Source: Streblomastix strix (Eukaryota). From it: a stretch of 34,846 nucleotides of DNA. Below, piece after piece: positions 15,269 through 27,589 of this stretch. The notes under the pieces were generated by a model. It was not told where the DNA came from. It did not search any database and saw only the letters and a program-made list of their open reading frames with translations. The position numbers and the translations under genes were made by a program. Within the stretch, counting starts at the first letter, position 1. Each line of letters starts with the position of its first letter. The stretch is from positions 1-34,846 of the forward strand of contig SNRW01000047.1 of NCBI GenBank assembly GCA_008636045.1. Direction: 5' to 3'.

Positions 15269-16179
15269 ATGTCACAAGTAAATCAATTTCAATTTGAAAT
15301 ATTATAGAATTTTTCAAAATTAACATCACCTGAAAAGATTAGACTATTCATGTTAGACGATCCTGCACTAGATTAAATTAAATCGTTCGTCATTAATAAA
15401 TATATTCGTATACCAACTCATCATATTATACGTCGGCGTGACATATTATATTTAGACGCTTTACCTGAAAATCGCTTGAAATAAACTTAAAATACAAAAT
15501 CAAATGAAATATTGATTGATCCAGCAAATTAGACATCATTTCCAAGATAAATTTATCCGATAATTCGGGATTTTGGTGATGCAAATTAATTAGAGGAAAA
15601 AGCAGGTGAAAAAACAAGTAATTAGTCAAGTGAATAGAATGAAAAAATACAATTAAATCATCAATAAATAAATTCTTGATTAATCGTTATACATAATAAA
15701 ATTATAAAAATAACTATTCAACATCAGGAGTTCATACTAAAGATGTTAATAGAACTTTATACGAAAGTGAGTTGGGCTAAAAGATAGAAGCAACTTGTGA
15801 TGCATTATGTGGATATTTGGGGATTGAATCCAGTATTGATAATGAAAAATGTAAATAACTTCGTGAAGACTATTTAATGAATGTGCCAAATGAAGAATAA
15901 AAAGATTTAAATAATGTTATAACATTTATTTATTAGGGGTTGCTTGGAGATTATATTCGAAATATCTACACTTTTGTTGATACAATGATATATTATAAAA
16001 ATATTTAAACAAGCGAACCTAAGATGTCCGATCATGATAAATTTATAGAGTAATTACGAAAATAATATGAACATCCTTCAAAAACACCTGAAGAAATTAT
16101 GCAATACTTGTTTGGAGTCAATTATCGAAAAGCTAATTAATAATCATATCAATAATCATATTATCAACGTTCTGATTGA
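15269..16179 (+). pseudogene. Hypothetical protein (~300 aa) with one frameshift near 15665
   Basis: ATG at 15269 (MSQVNQFQFEILQNFSKLTSPEKIRLFMLDDPALDQIKSFV...). The second frame (...LGQKIEATCDALCGYLGIE...PEEIMQYLFGVNY...) ends at TGA 16177-16179. No intron and no recognisable motif. Confidence 0.6.
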
Positions 16180-16859
16180 TTTCATTATTTTTGGAATTGA
16201 AGCGCTTTTACAATTTGTTTCTTAGTAATTTATACATTCAATGTTCAAATTATTTTTATGTTCGTTACAATCCCTTGATATTAAGGATTGATTTCTATAA
16301 CTTAACTTTTTCAAATAATCGTTGAGATTCATACTTATAAGTACCCTTCAAAATCAATGTATTAAAATCATCCAAAATATCGGCTAGAATTGTTGGTATT
16401 AAGGGTTAATTGTCCAAACCGACTTTTTGGCTATAATCGTGGAGATTAGACACCAAACATTGGGAAAAAGTTAATGTACTGGAAACAGTCATCCTATAGT
16501 ATTGATGTGAAATCTGGAAGATTTCTTTTTTAAGATTCGTTTAAGTTCTGCTCAGCCTTAATCCATGAGGAGAAAATCTGTCGGGGTGAGAGATGAAGAG
16601 TTTAGTTTCTTTTCTCAGCCTTATTCAACAGTCCATACAAGTAGGAGAATTTGACGAATGATAAAACAATTCAATGTTAATCTGAGGAAGAAAACATAGC
16701 ATTGGGAGAGAATAATTAAAGGAGATTCTACACGTTCTTGTTTGTTACTCAAAATCAAGCCGCTACGCTCTGCTTTCGGGTCAAACCATCAATATGGAAG
16801 AACCTCCTTTTATTGTGAATCTTCGAAGGAATTTGGCTATTTATGTATTCTAGTTGCCG

Positions 16860-17803
16860 GTTATATTGTAGAACCGTTTTGTAACTCATGAATTAAATTA
16901 ATGATCAATCAGAAGGTTTATTTACTAAAAAGAAGCTTCACGAGCCCTTATTCTTGTAGTAACGGCATGTCGAATTGTATTTAATCCGAAAGAAATCGGA
17001 ACTACTGAAATAATCAATTCTTATATAATTCGTTTCCTGAGAGTTACTGGAGCTAAAGGTTTTTAATATATAAGTATTCTCTATAAAGCATTAGAGTGAG
17101 ATAGCATTTAGCCCAATGCCTTTATCCAGCATTTTATTGTTATAACCGGACATCCAGCTTTATTTTAATAAAATGAATAGCACTCCATTTCTTTCTTTTT
17201 TATACTTTCTTTTTCTTGAATCGAACTAACATGCCATCTTTTGTAAATACAACATTTTTCCTACGCATTGATGCTATCTCTGTTGTTCACGTAGTATTAT
17301 AAACCTGGAGTAAGGCTAAAGTTCTTCTTAACATTTCATTTTGAGTTAGTTTTGTTGGAGTCTTTTGTTCTTCAAACTTAAGCAATATTTTAATTTTCTA
17401 AATAGTTGAATAACGTGGCTTTATGACTTTATTGGCTGAAATTTCTTTCATAATAAGAGAGATCATTGGAAATAGGGTGAGATGTAGGTTGTTAAGAAGT
17501 AGAGATGTAATCGCGCAGACACCTCTTTGAATTGCAGTAATAATGGAATCGGAATAATTATGAAGTTTGAACCAATTTAACGCTTTCCAAACCATAATCT
17601 TAGCCTGAGAATTAATCAAATATTCAGTTTATACATTTGTTGAATGAAGATAAGAATATATATGAGATAAAGCAAATTTCCTCTATTTCCATATTTCATA
17701 GCCAATTAAATTTATCAATTCTGGAGTTTCGGATCTAATTAAATATCTTAAACTGGTCATATTTTAGAAGAGGTGTTCTCCAGTTATGTTTTTATCAGCC
17801 ACA
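16860..17803 (-). pseudogene. DIRS tyrosine recombinase
   Basis: KPRYSTIQKL, MLRRTLALLQVYNTT*TTEIASM (catalytic Arg position is TGA, 17289-17287), GCPVITIKCWI and NTIRHAVTT (HxxR-like box near 16964-16980). Confidence 0.85.
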
Positions 17804-19700
17804 CAACTAAATTTCCTGGTTAAAACTTGGTTTTTCTTTTTTGCATCCTTCTTCCAGGCTTCTGACTATTGATGCAAGGATATTAGGATATTTCCTTGTA
17901 TGAATGGCGTTCCAAATCGCTGTATCATGGTTAGCCAATCTAGTCTGGAGATATGACTATTCCTCTAGGTTTTTCCATAAATATTTTAGGTTCTACTTTT
18001 TATAACATGATTACTGGAGGATGGATTAGCAATGATTAATTTCTCCATGATTGTTGAAATACGTCTGTTCTTTTAGCTTCTTAATTGAATGTTGTAGTGA
18101 AAAATAGCGGAAAAATGTGATTTCGGCTGTTTGAAAAAGCATCAATCTTTGTAAACTCTTGGAAGTTCAGATGAAGAAATTGCTATACTTTGTTATTGAG
18201 TTGGTAATCACCTGCTTATTCTAGGCAACCAAATGAGTCCGATATTTGATTTTGAAGTCCTGATATGTAGATCTGGTGGATTTAGATCTTAGTAACTTCT
18301 GATATTTCCAAGAATCTTTTAATCAGAGTTGATAAAGCTGGAGAAGCCTTTCTCCTGGAAATGTTAGTTATTGCCGTGGTATTGTCTGAAGCGATTTGGA
18401 GACTTTTAATCTTCTATTGTTTAAGGAATAAGAGAAAATAACGAATGGAGCAAAGAATAGCGAATGCTTCTCTTTGATTTGAAGATTGAAGAGTTTATAG
18501 GTTTTTCAAGTTTGCCTCGGCTTTATATTGTAATGTTTGAAAGTCTAGTGTTGCCCTCAATGTATTTTTGATGCTTATATGGTGAGTTCGACTTAATGGA
18601 TTATGTCTTAATAAACTTTCTTTATATTTAGAGATATTTAATTATACCATCAAAGAAGATCTTTTAGCAATAATTTGGTTATTCTAAGCAAACAATTCCA
18701 TCCTGTTCGATATACTGCCTTATTCTTCGTTCGATCCAATATATGAAAGTGAAATGCTCCTAGAGTAATCTATGGTCGAAGAAAATTCAAACGACCGATT
18801 AATTTGGCAAAAGCTCGAGTTTTCACTTGCCTGTTTACTTCAGAAGATCGAATCTATTTTGATAAAGTTTTTATCATCTTTTCTTTCCTTCTTGCTGTCA
18901 TTTCGATTGAAACTTGTTCTTTTGTTGAAATCTGCCATACTAGGAAATTAATTGTTTGAGTTGAGATTGTAATGCTTTTTTTTGCAAGAAGAAAATCTAA
19001 TTTTGTGAGATGATTTTCCACTCGATTAACTTGAGATTCTGCTTCTGCGTAAGTTTTACTTATGAACTGGATGTCATCTACGTAGGCGAATATCTTAATT
19101 CCTTTTTTAAACTTTTTGTGGATAAAGGCAGTCGTGAAGAATCTTTGCGAAGATGTAAGGGGCTCTAGAGAGACCAAAAGCCATTACTGTGTGAGTGCAG
19201 ATGTCATTATTAACTGAGAAAGCTAGAAATGGTTGAAGCGATTGATACACATTAATATGAGAATAAATAGCGTGAATGTCGAGAGATGTGAGTCAATGTC
19301 TTATGTATACCGATTCTAATATTCTACCTAAATGGTTCATCATGAAATGAATTAGCCCTGTTAAATTATTTACCTCTCTGCAATCTATCACTCTTCTTAA
19401 CGAGCCATCTTTCTTAGGATTTGTAAATACCTTATTGAAATGAATTATCTCTTTAGGATTAGTTATCTTGATAATATTTTTTTTAAGGTCTTCTTCCGAC
19501 GATTGACGAAGTCTTTTACCCTATGAAGCTAACGGATTGTTTTTGAGAAGAGAAGCTGTTTTATGTACTTGAACGGTTCATATAGAGGAAATGCCTCAAA
19601 GCATTCTATCCATTAGTGCTTTAGCTTCTTGCCAAGCGGTTTTGAACAGAATTAATCATGACCCGACGTTTCTATCAAAAACAATGATTGTTATTGTCAT
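17790..19700 (-). pseudogene. DIRS pol: reverse transcriptase, RNase H and adenine-methyltransferase-like domain
   Basis: RT: PKKDGSLRRVIDCREVN, LTSLDIHAIYSHINV, MAFGLSRAPYIF, AYVDDI (19084-19073). RNase H: SNQREAFAI, SDNTTA (18389-18372), ISGLQNQISD. MT-like: KIDAFS, LLIHPP (18026-18015). Multiple TGAs and frameshifts. Confidence 0.92.
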
Positions 19701-19719
19701 CATCAATTTTGTTAATTGT

Positions 19720-21306
19720 TTACTATTAGCCAATTAGCAGCGCTGAAACAGGTCTTTCTTAAATGTGATAGTTTGTAGAAGTTGATTCTAATTTCATATT
19801 TGAAATATTTGATTAAAGATCTCGATTAATATATACAATTTCGCTGCTTCCATATTGGCGGTGCTGGATTTCAGGATGTTGTTTATATTAACTAGACTTG
19901 CAGATATGATGTGATGATGATGTTCCGCTGTTCACGCTTCGGCGGCGCTGGAACTCAGATGAAATTGAGTAGTTGGATTCATGATTTTGATTTTTATTAA
20001 ATCTGTTTTTTGTTATATAAGTGTGTTGAGGTTACGAAGATATTTTTACACATGGAGCAAGTGAGTAATCTGTTTTAATTTATTCTTAATTAACATTATC
20101 TAAGCGACTTTTTTGTTTTGTTTATGATCTCAAATAGTAATGGTTCACTTTCCAGTCATCTCTTTTATGTAGTATTTTATAATTGATAGAGAGTGCTGTA
20201 TTCGAAGGAAGCTAGATTTTTATTCGAGATTAGCGTACTTGAATAAATGATAAATCCCTTTTTATCCAATTATTGACTTATTACTTTAAAATTATTTTGA
20301 AATTAAAAGGATTTATCTTATCTGTTTATTATATCGTTCAAATTGTAGCCGGGTAACATATATGTTACTCATTTTAAAAACTTCTGCTTTGAAATCTAGC
20401 TTCTTGACACGGAGTTCGTGAGGCAGCCTCATTTAAATTTCCTGCTGTAATTGGTTTTGAAATTTGATCTGGATGAAGGTCTAGGTGCTTAAGAGTCTCT
20501 AATAAGACCTAATTTTGTCGCTTGTTTCCATAGTATATTGAGTGAACTTAAGCATTTAGACGTAAAAGCTCCAGAAAGTGGTGCGGCAGCCACAATGTGC
20601 TGACCTTAGAATGACAAAAGCCTGTTCTCGCGAAATGTCTAGGACAACTATGCTGACTTCAATGATATCCTGAAGTTTCTTAAAAATAATTTCAGTCATC
20701 TTTTAAGCGGGAGATCAAAGCCTTCCAACACTTGCAATGAAGCGTTTGTTGAAACTGCACTGGCTGCGGCAGCATCGAAAGCAGCTTAATCCTCTTGTCC
20801 TGGCCATGGATTTGATAACTCGAATTTCGACCAACTTATTTTACATTTCTTTACTTTCCTTGTAGAGACCAATACTTCTTCATCGTCGTCAGAAAATTCG
20901 GATGCTATAACCAACCGCCTTTTCACTCTGAGTGCCCTGCTAATAATCTTGTTCGTTTTTGATCTATTCCTTTTTCGCTTGTGAGTACGAATGGACTACG
21001 AGGAAGATGAAGAAAAGGAAGTATAGAAGGAATATGACCGCGAAAAGCGCAATGAGGATATTTCCGAATCTGAGTTGGATTAGAAATTCAAAACACTTTA
21101 GTTATAAAGAGGACGTTGAACTTCGGAGGCAGAAGGAATATCATCCAAACGAAGAAGCCTAGTATCTTATTCTGGTGACTGTGATCGTTCATTTGCGAAA
21201 GCCGCGGTCTAAGTTGTCTAGTATGGTGAATCACCCGCTATGACGTTCAGATCATCGTTCTTGTCAGCTTCTTTAACCTTACAAAAATATTTTTATGACG
21301 CGACAT
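19720..21306 (-). pseudogene. DIRS ORF1 (gag-like), degenerate
   Basis: Long Ser/Arg-rich frames directly upstream of RT (..SSSSQSIRTHKRKRNRSK..LSNPWPGQEDQAAFDAAAASAV..). Assigned by position. Confidence 0.6.
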
Positions 21307-22669
21307 ATGGTTTTTTCCCAATTTTTCGGTAATTTTCTGTAGTTTATATTTAATCAAAATTATTTAAATAAAAAATATTTGAATAAAGAAGCTAATTAAT
21401 TTGAGTTATAGTCTTTAAATTCGTCTTCCCAATATAATAATTTTAAAATAATATCATCAAATTTATTTACTTAATAATAATAAGTTTAAAATTAAATTCA
21501 TCTATCTTTAGTTGTCACTCCTGCTTCAAACAAAAGCCTTGCCAAATTAGGTTGACAACAATCAAATATAAATTTTTCTTAAATGTCATATTATTATTAA
21601 AATTCTTTACTAAAGAATTTAATATTTTATGCAGAAAGCAATAAAGTTAATCAAATCATTTCAAAAAATAATAAAAAATGTATGAATTGCTACTGTTAAT
21701 AATCTCCAACTTCAACATAAGATATCAATCCTATTTTGTTTCCAAAACAAATTATTTGTCTAATTGAGAAAGTTGATGAAAAAATAAAATAAGATAATAG
21801 ATATTTTCTTTGAAAATTAAATGAATTATATCAAATAAAATACTAATAAATATGAGAAACATAACTATTTAATCTTTTTATATACTAGAGAAGAATCATA
21901 CATCCTTTATTTAATCGTGTGGGTAATCTAGCTGTACCATTGAGATTATTTAAGATTGTGTTTAAAGAAAGAATCTTACATCCAAAAGGATCGACAGGCT
22001 TATATATTATTTATTATTATATGAAAAGATTGATGAATTCTGATTAAAATATATAAAACTCACTATAATTAAAAGAACTATCAGTTAGTGTAATTAAACA
22101 TAGAGAAGATAAAATTTTAAAGTTAATAAATACATTTATTAACCAATTTAAATTTAAATGAATGCCTAATTTCATCAGAATTTTCCGAAAATCATCGCCT
22201 TGAAATAAAAAGATTTTAACTATATTCAAACATCTATTAATACATTTCAGTCTCTTTATTTACATTCATAATATAATATTAATAATTATAACAAATTAAA
22301 TAAATGATATATAATTACATAAAATATTGTTAGAATAAAGATGCAATTTTTGTAAATGATTATTTTGATCATATAATATAAACCAATTCACTATCATTCA
22401 AAATAATTTTCTTCCATTCAGACATTAATTCTCTTTTGAAATCATCGATTTTAATATTTATTATTATCTTCATCTTCAAATATTACAAAGAAATAAGAAA
22501 TAACTTAAGCCTTCACTGCTCCTGAACATTCAAAATCATATTGTGATCAGCATTTAGAGTATATCTAAAGAAAAATTAGTAGAAAGTATATGAAATAAAA
22601 ATAAATAATATTAATCACTTAATTGAAACAAGTTAAGCGATTAATTCAATGAGTCCAAGGATTTTAAAA

Positions 22670-23885
22670 AATTATTATTATTAAATCAAGCTAGTATCAT
22701 AAGTTGAAAAATTAATAAGATTTTATATAATTTAATTTAAATTATCATCATTCTTCAAATTATTATCTATTTTGATCTAACATCTAATAAAAATTATTAT
22801 TATTTAATCATTTTTGTTATTCTTTATTAAATTTTCTTATTAATTATTATTTTACAAATCAAAGATATCTAAACATAAATTCAGAATGATTTTTAAATTC
22901 AAACTTTCATTTATATCATTTCTATATAATTTTTATTTAAATATTTAATTTTAAAAATTAATTTAATAATTTTTTAATATTTATTTATTTATTTTTTCAC
23001 TTTTATTCAATTTTATGAACATTAAGTTTTTATGACTATAAGTTTTATTTTATCTTTTTTAGCTCCATTTTTATTTTTTATTTATATTTAGATTATTTTT
23101 ATTCTTTCCTTATTCTATCTATAATGCGAATTTCCGCTGCTATCAATATAAATTATGAATTGAAAAATAATATTCTTTTATTTTTTAATATTTATAATAT
23201 TTTGCATTATATTTATACATAGCTAAACATATATGAGTCTTGCTTTTGCTATTTCTTACGGATTCTTCAAGAATAATGTAAATATTTCAACCGAAATTTC
23301 TTTTATAAAAAAATATTAATTATAATGCACGAATATCTTTTATTAATAAAAAAAAATGAATAAAAACTAATTAAAATAAATATCTATCTTAAATAGGTAC
23401 TCTTTTCTTTTATTTCTCTCCGATTTTTAACTTAACCTTCGTAAACAATATGCGATTAAGCATAATTTCTGCTTTAATTCTTATATATAAGCTCTTTTTT
23501 GCAGCTACAACTTGAACAGGAGTTCTGTCGATGAAAATTTGATTCATTGTTTATGAATTAATATCAATTTGAAATATAGATTCAAGATCCATTTGCATTC
23601 TGCTGTGTTATTCATCAGGATTAAATGCAATGTATGTAATGGTCAGAGATAGATATACATCAAATAAAATGAATTGCTCAATTTTAGGTTAAATAAAGGT
23701 TCATTTGAAAGCATAAATATTAAGGGATTATTTATAACATGCATTAATATTTACTCTTAATATTTAGCATAGGAAATTTTTTTTATCTATTTAAACTGAA
23801 AATTTAAAGTTGTAGTAGCAACTTTTGTCAATAACTCAATTTATTTACCTTTAACTAAATTCCAAATAAATATTTATTTGAATAA
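22670..23885 (-). repeat. Dispersed repeat family B, copy 2
   Basis: Inverted relative to 7025-8210. Segment 22670-23345 is a direct repeat of 26560-27240 (e.g. ttcagaatgatttttaaattcaaactttcattta in both). Confidence 0.88.
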
Positions 23886-24089
23886 AAATTTGATTACAAA
23901 ATAAATAAACAAATTAACATTATATAGGAGAAGTTTTTTTTTAGATATTTATTAAAAAATTTGAAAATGGAAAATTAACAAGAAAAATAAGTTCAAAAAT
24001 TGTAAATTTGTTAAAAAATGATAAATCAAATGATACAATCTAATATTATCATGGTACAGATATGTTTGAAAATTGGAATCAATAAGAAT

Positions 24090-24599
24090 TCAAACAACGC
24101 ACACATAGTGGATTCTGTCCACGTAAGCAATTTCAACCAATTTCTTGGTATTTACATCGATAATTTCATAGTGGTTGGTGCCTAGATAGATTTATAGATT
24201 TACTTTTTGTGATTGACACATTAGAATGTTGATTTTGGTGGCAGCAAACTCGCCATCGCTTCTCATTTTTTCTGCATATTTTTCCAAAGATTCATTATCA
24301 TTAAATTTGTCTTGATATTTTCCTTTATTTTGTATTAACTCGTTTACAGCCATAATTCTTATTTATCGATGAAGCATATTGGTTCCTTATAACTTTTGAG
24401 ATACTGCCACTAAATAACAGTTGTCATTCTCTCCATCATTGAATAAAGTTCTTTCCAAAGCTAATAGCTCCATTTTCATCTCTTCTAACATTAATATTGA
24501 AGCAATTTTCTGTTTAAATAATTCATACTTGCCCTATTTTTCATTTTCTAAGTTACTTGCATAAAGTTACTTGTCAGTTTTTGGAACTGCGTCTTTTTC
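24090..24599 (-). CDS. OTU-like cysteine protease domain, probably the C-terminus of the pogo transposase
   Basis: Open frame DGENDNCYLVAVSQKLQGTNMLHRQIRIMAVNELIQNKGKYQDKF..SLEKYAEKMRSDGEFA..KVNLQIY..VEIAYVDRIHYVCVV*. Cys codon 24419-24417, His codon 24110-24108, TGA 24092-24090. Confidence 0.82.
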
Positions 24600-25846
24600 G
24601 AGTTTTATTGTTTTAGATGAATTTATCACTGCTTTCATCGTCAAGATCTTCTCATTCAGCTGAATCAACATCATTATTTTTTTATTCTTGTAATTATTTT
24701 GAAGCAGGTTCTTAGCTATGTGATTCTGCAGAATTTAGTCTTCAAATCTTATTTACATTTTGAACTTCTTAAGGAATTCGTTTCATTTTGATTTTATCTG
24801 GACCTAGCTCCTTTATCAAGTTTCTAGCACCTGTAGTTTTTCTAGAAGTTTTTCTGCCTTCTGGATAACGTGATGCCGCAGAATCGTCGATTACATATCT
24901 CGATTAACAAGCTTTTTGAAATGATCTAGGCCATAATCCAGTTGAGGAAAATGCAGTCCATCTGTTTGTTGTAACGCATTATTGCTAACAAGCGTCATAA
25001 GCTGCTTAAATAATCAATTCCACCTTATAAGCAATTGACAGTTTGCCATCAATTATTTCATTGCGAGCTCGTTCAGTCAACTTACGAAGAAATTTTCTGA
25101 AACATCTTCTAAAGTCTCTAGCAATTACTCTATCAACCGGATGAATAATATGAGTAATAGCAGCAGGCAAATTTAATAATGTAATACGTTCTTCTGCAAA
25201 GGATGTCACAGCTTCTAACTCATCTCTAGACGTATGTGCTTCCATTAAAAAGAGAATTTATTAGTTTTTTCATGAAATATCCCAATTTTCTCATTTTTCT
25301 AACGCAATATATTAGAAATTGTGCAAATATTCGCATAACATCTTTTGTCATCCGCTTTGATCCGTTTACTTCAATTCCAACTCCTGTCTATTCTATCAGT
25401 ACCTAGAGATATTTTGGAACATTTAGAATATCGTTAAGTACGAAAAAACGAGGTGGAGAAGGTCGGTCAGCCGTAATTGTTAAAACTATAGATATATAAC
25501 CAGGAGCTTTCTCTCTAATCGAAGCAGGAGCTAGTTTTGCAACAATTTTCTTGTAAACTAGACATTCAATATCAAAATCAAGATTAACTACGCAACCATT
25601 ACCAATGGCAATCGCTCGAAAAATTTTAACTATATTATCTGTGAAAGTTTCCTTGAAGTAGTACTATATGTTACTTTGAGTACCTGCGTCACTTCTATCA
25701 GTAGTAAGTCGAGAAGGTTATGCCAATGTCAAATTATTCTTCGAAAATAGTCCATAGACGTATGAATCAGAAGAAGGGTCAATAAATTTGTCAAAATTGT
25801 CACCAAGTGAGTACGTACCAATGGAATAAGCACGTTCAATATCCAT
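24600..25846 (-). pseudogene. pogo-like (Tc1/mariner superfamily, DDE_1) transposase
   Basis: YISIVLTITAD..PPRFFVL, NGSKRMTKDV, ILFLMEAHTSR, LLNLPAAITHIIHPVDR and AFSSTGLWP are recognisable pogo/DDE_1 blocks. Frameshift in an A-run near 25265; TGAs in the acidic tail. Confidence 0.85.
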
Positions 25847-26559
25847 TTTTTATTTATTTTAAATTATTTTATTTTTCAATGTGGTGCGCTCTACTTTTCC
25901 ATATAACTACTAACCAATCAATAATTTAATTAGATAGGTGGTAAAAGAGATTGAACCAAGATTTCAAAATAACATTCAAACAATTCCAACAACAAACAAT
26001 AATTGCATTGGTTGCTAGCGAAGCAGGTTTAGGAGCATGTATAGAGATCAATCAAACACGAAAATCAACTTAACTTCTGGATGTAGCTTTTAAACATTTT
26101 ACAGAAATTAAAAATGCTATAAAATAAATCAGAATGAAGGCTTACCGTCGGTAGTTTGAATTCTTCCTTTATTTTTACCTCTATTGTTTTTTTAAATAGT
26201 TTTTCCCAAGTAGATAATCTCTATCTGGTTGCCGTCGTCGTAGACTAAAATGCATATAAAGTTGCAAGTGGAATAGAAGTTGCAAAAATAAATTAGATGA
26301 AAGTAACTATAAATATTCATTCACTTGAATAGCTAGATAGAGAAGTTTTTGAAAAAGCAAAAGAAATTATTGATGAGGATAGTGAGTTTCAAAAAGATGA
26401 TTTTATCTAAGAAGGTGAATAAAAATAGGTAAATAAATTAAAATTAAAAAAATTTAATTGCAAGATTAAATTTTTTGAACTAAAAGAAGGCATTTATTGA
26501 AAGATATAAGAAAAGTTAATCTCAAAGATTTTCTCTTCAATCTTAACCTTTTTCTTTTT

Positions 26560-27290
26560 TAAAATTTATTATTATTAAACCAAGCCAATGTTATAAGTTG
26601 AAAAACCAGTAAGATTTTATATAATTTAATTAAAATTATAATAATTTTTCAAATCATTAACAATTTTGACCTAAATTCAAGTAAAATTTATTATTAATTA
26701 GCCATTTTTGTTATTCTTTATTTAATTTTCTTATTAACTATTATTTTATAGATCGAAGATATCAAAAAATAACTTCAGAATGATTTTTAAATTCAAACTT
26801 TCATTTACATCAATTCTATATAATTTCTATATAATTTTTATTTAAAGAATAAATTTTTTAAATTAATTTAATAATTTTTTAATATTTTTTATTTATTTCT
26901 TTACTTTTATACAATTTTATGAACTTTAAGTGTTTATGACTATAAGTTTTATTTTATCTTCTGACGCTCCATTATTATTTTTTTCATTTATATTTAGTTA
27001 ATTTTTATTCTTTCCAGATTCTATCTATAATGCAAATTTCCGTTGTTAATAATATAAATTTTGAATAGAAAAATAATATTCTTTTATTTATTATATTTTG
27101 CATTATATTTATACATAATTAAACATATATAAGTCTTGCTTTTGTTGTTTCTTGCGGGTTATTCAAGAATAATGTTATCCTTTCAACCGTAATTTCTTTC
27201 GTAATAAAATATTAACTATTGTTCAGGAATATCTCTTAATTAAAAAATATTTAATTAGATAATAAAATATTATAATTAAGGTATTTATAC
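26560..27290 (-). repeat. Dispersed repeat family B, copy 3 (partial)
   Basis: Direct repeat of about 22670-23400; inverted relative to about 7540-8210. Confidence 0.85.
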
Positions 27291-27545
27291 CAATATAATA
27301 CAGGTGGTGAGCCTGCCTTCGCGAGAGGTGCATATTCTCACATTGCTCCAATTCACCATTATTTCTCATATTTCCAATGTAAATTTAATAATAAAATATT
27401 TAATTAGATAATAAAATGTTATAAATAGGGTATTTATACAAATATAATGCAGGTGGTAAGCCTACCATCGCGAAAGGTGCATATTCTCACATTGCTTCAA
27501 TTCACAAATATTTCTCATATTTCCAATCTAAATTTAATAATAAAA
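27244..27545 (+). repeat. 149-bp tandem duplication with a GC-rich core
   Basis: Units start at 27244 and 27393. Cores are caggtggtgagcctgccttcgcgagaggtgcatattctcacattgc and caggtggtaagcctaccatcgcgaaaggtgcatattctcacattgc. Confidence 0.92.
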
Positions 27546-27589
27546 GAAATAGTGTATAAAAAATTTGGACCTTAAGATTTTCCGTATGA

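Larger units (their letters stand above)
16440..21345 (-). mobile_element. DIRS-like tyrosine-recombinase retrotransposon, decayed, near full length
   Basis: Minus-strand order: gag-like ORF1, RT, RNase H, methyltransferase-like domain, tyrosine recombinase. Higher GC than the flanks. Degenerate inverted match between the ends; boundaries approximate. Confidence 0.9.

Noticed and set aside
16272..16409. Possible tiny piggyBac-like MITE (cccttgata ... tattaaggg followed by TTAA)
   Set aside because: The inverted match is short and imperfect, and the left flank is not TTAA.
25930..26500. Plus-strand fragment IIALVASEAGLGAC, reminiscent of a hAT dimerisation motif
   Set aside because: The diagnostic ERxFS is missing and the frames are broken; cannot be supported.
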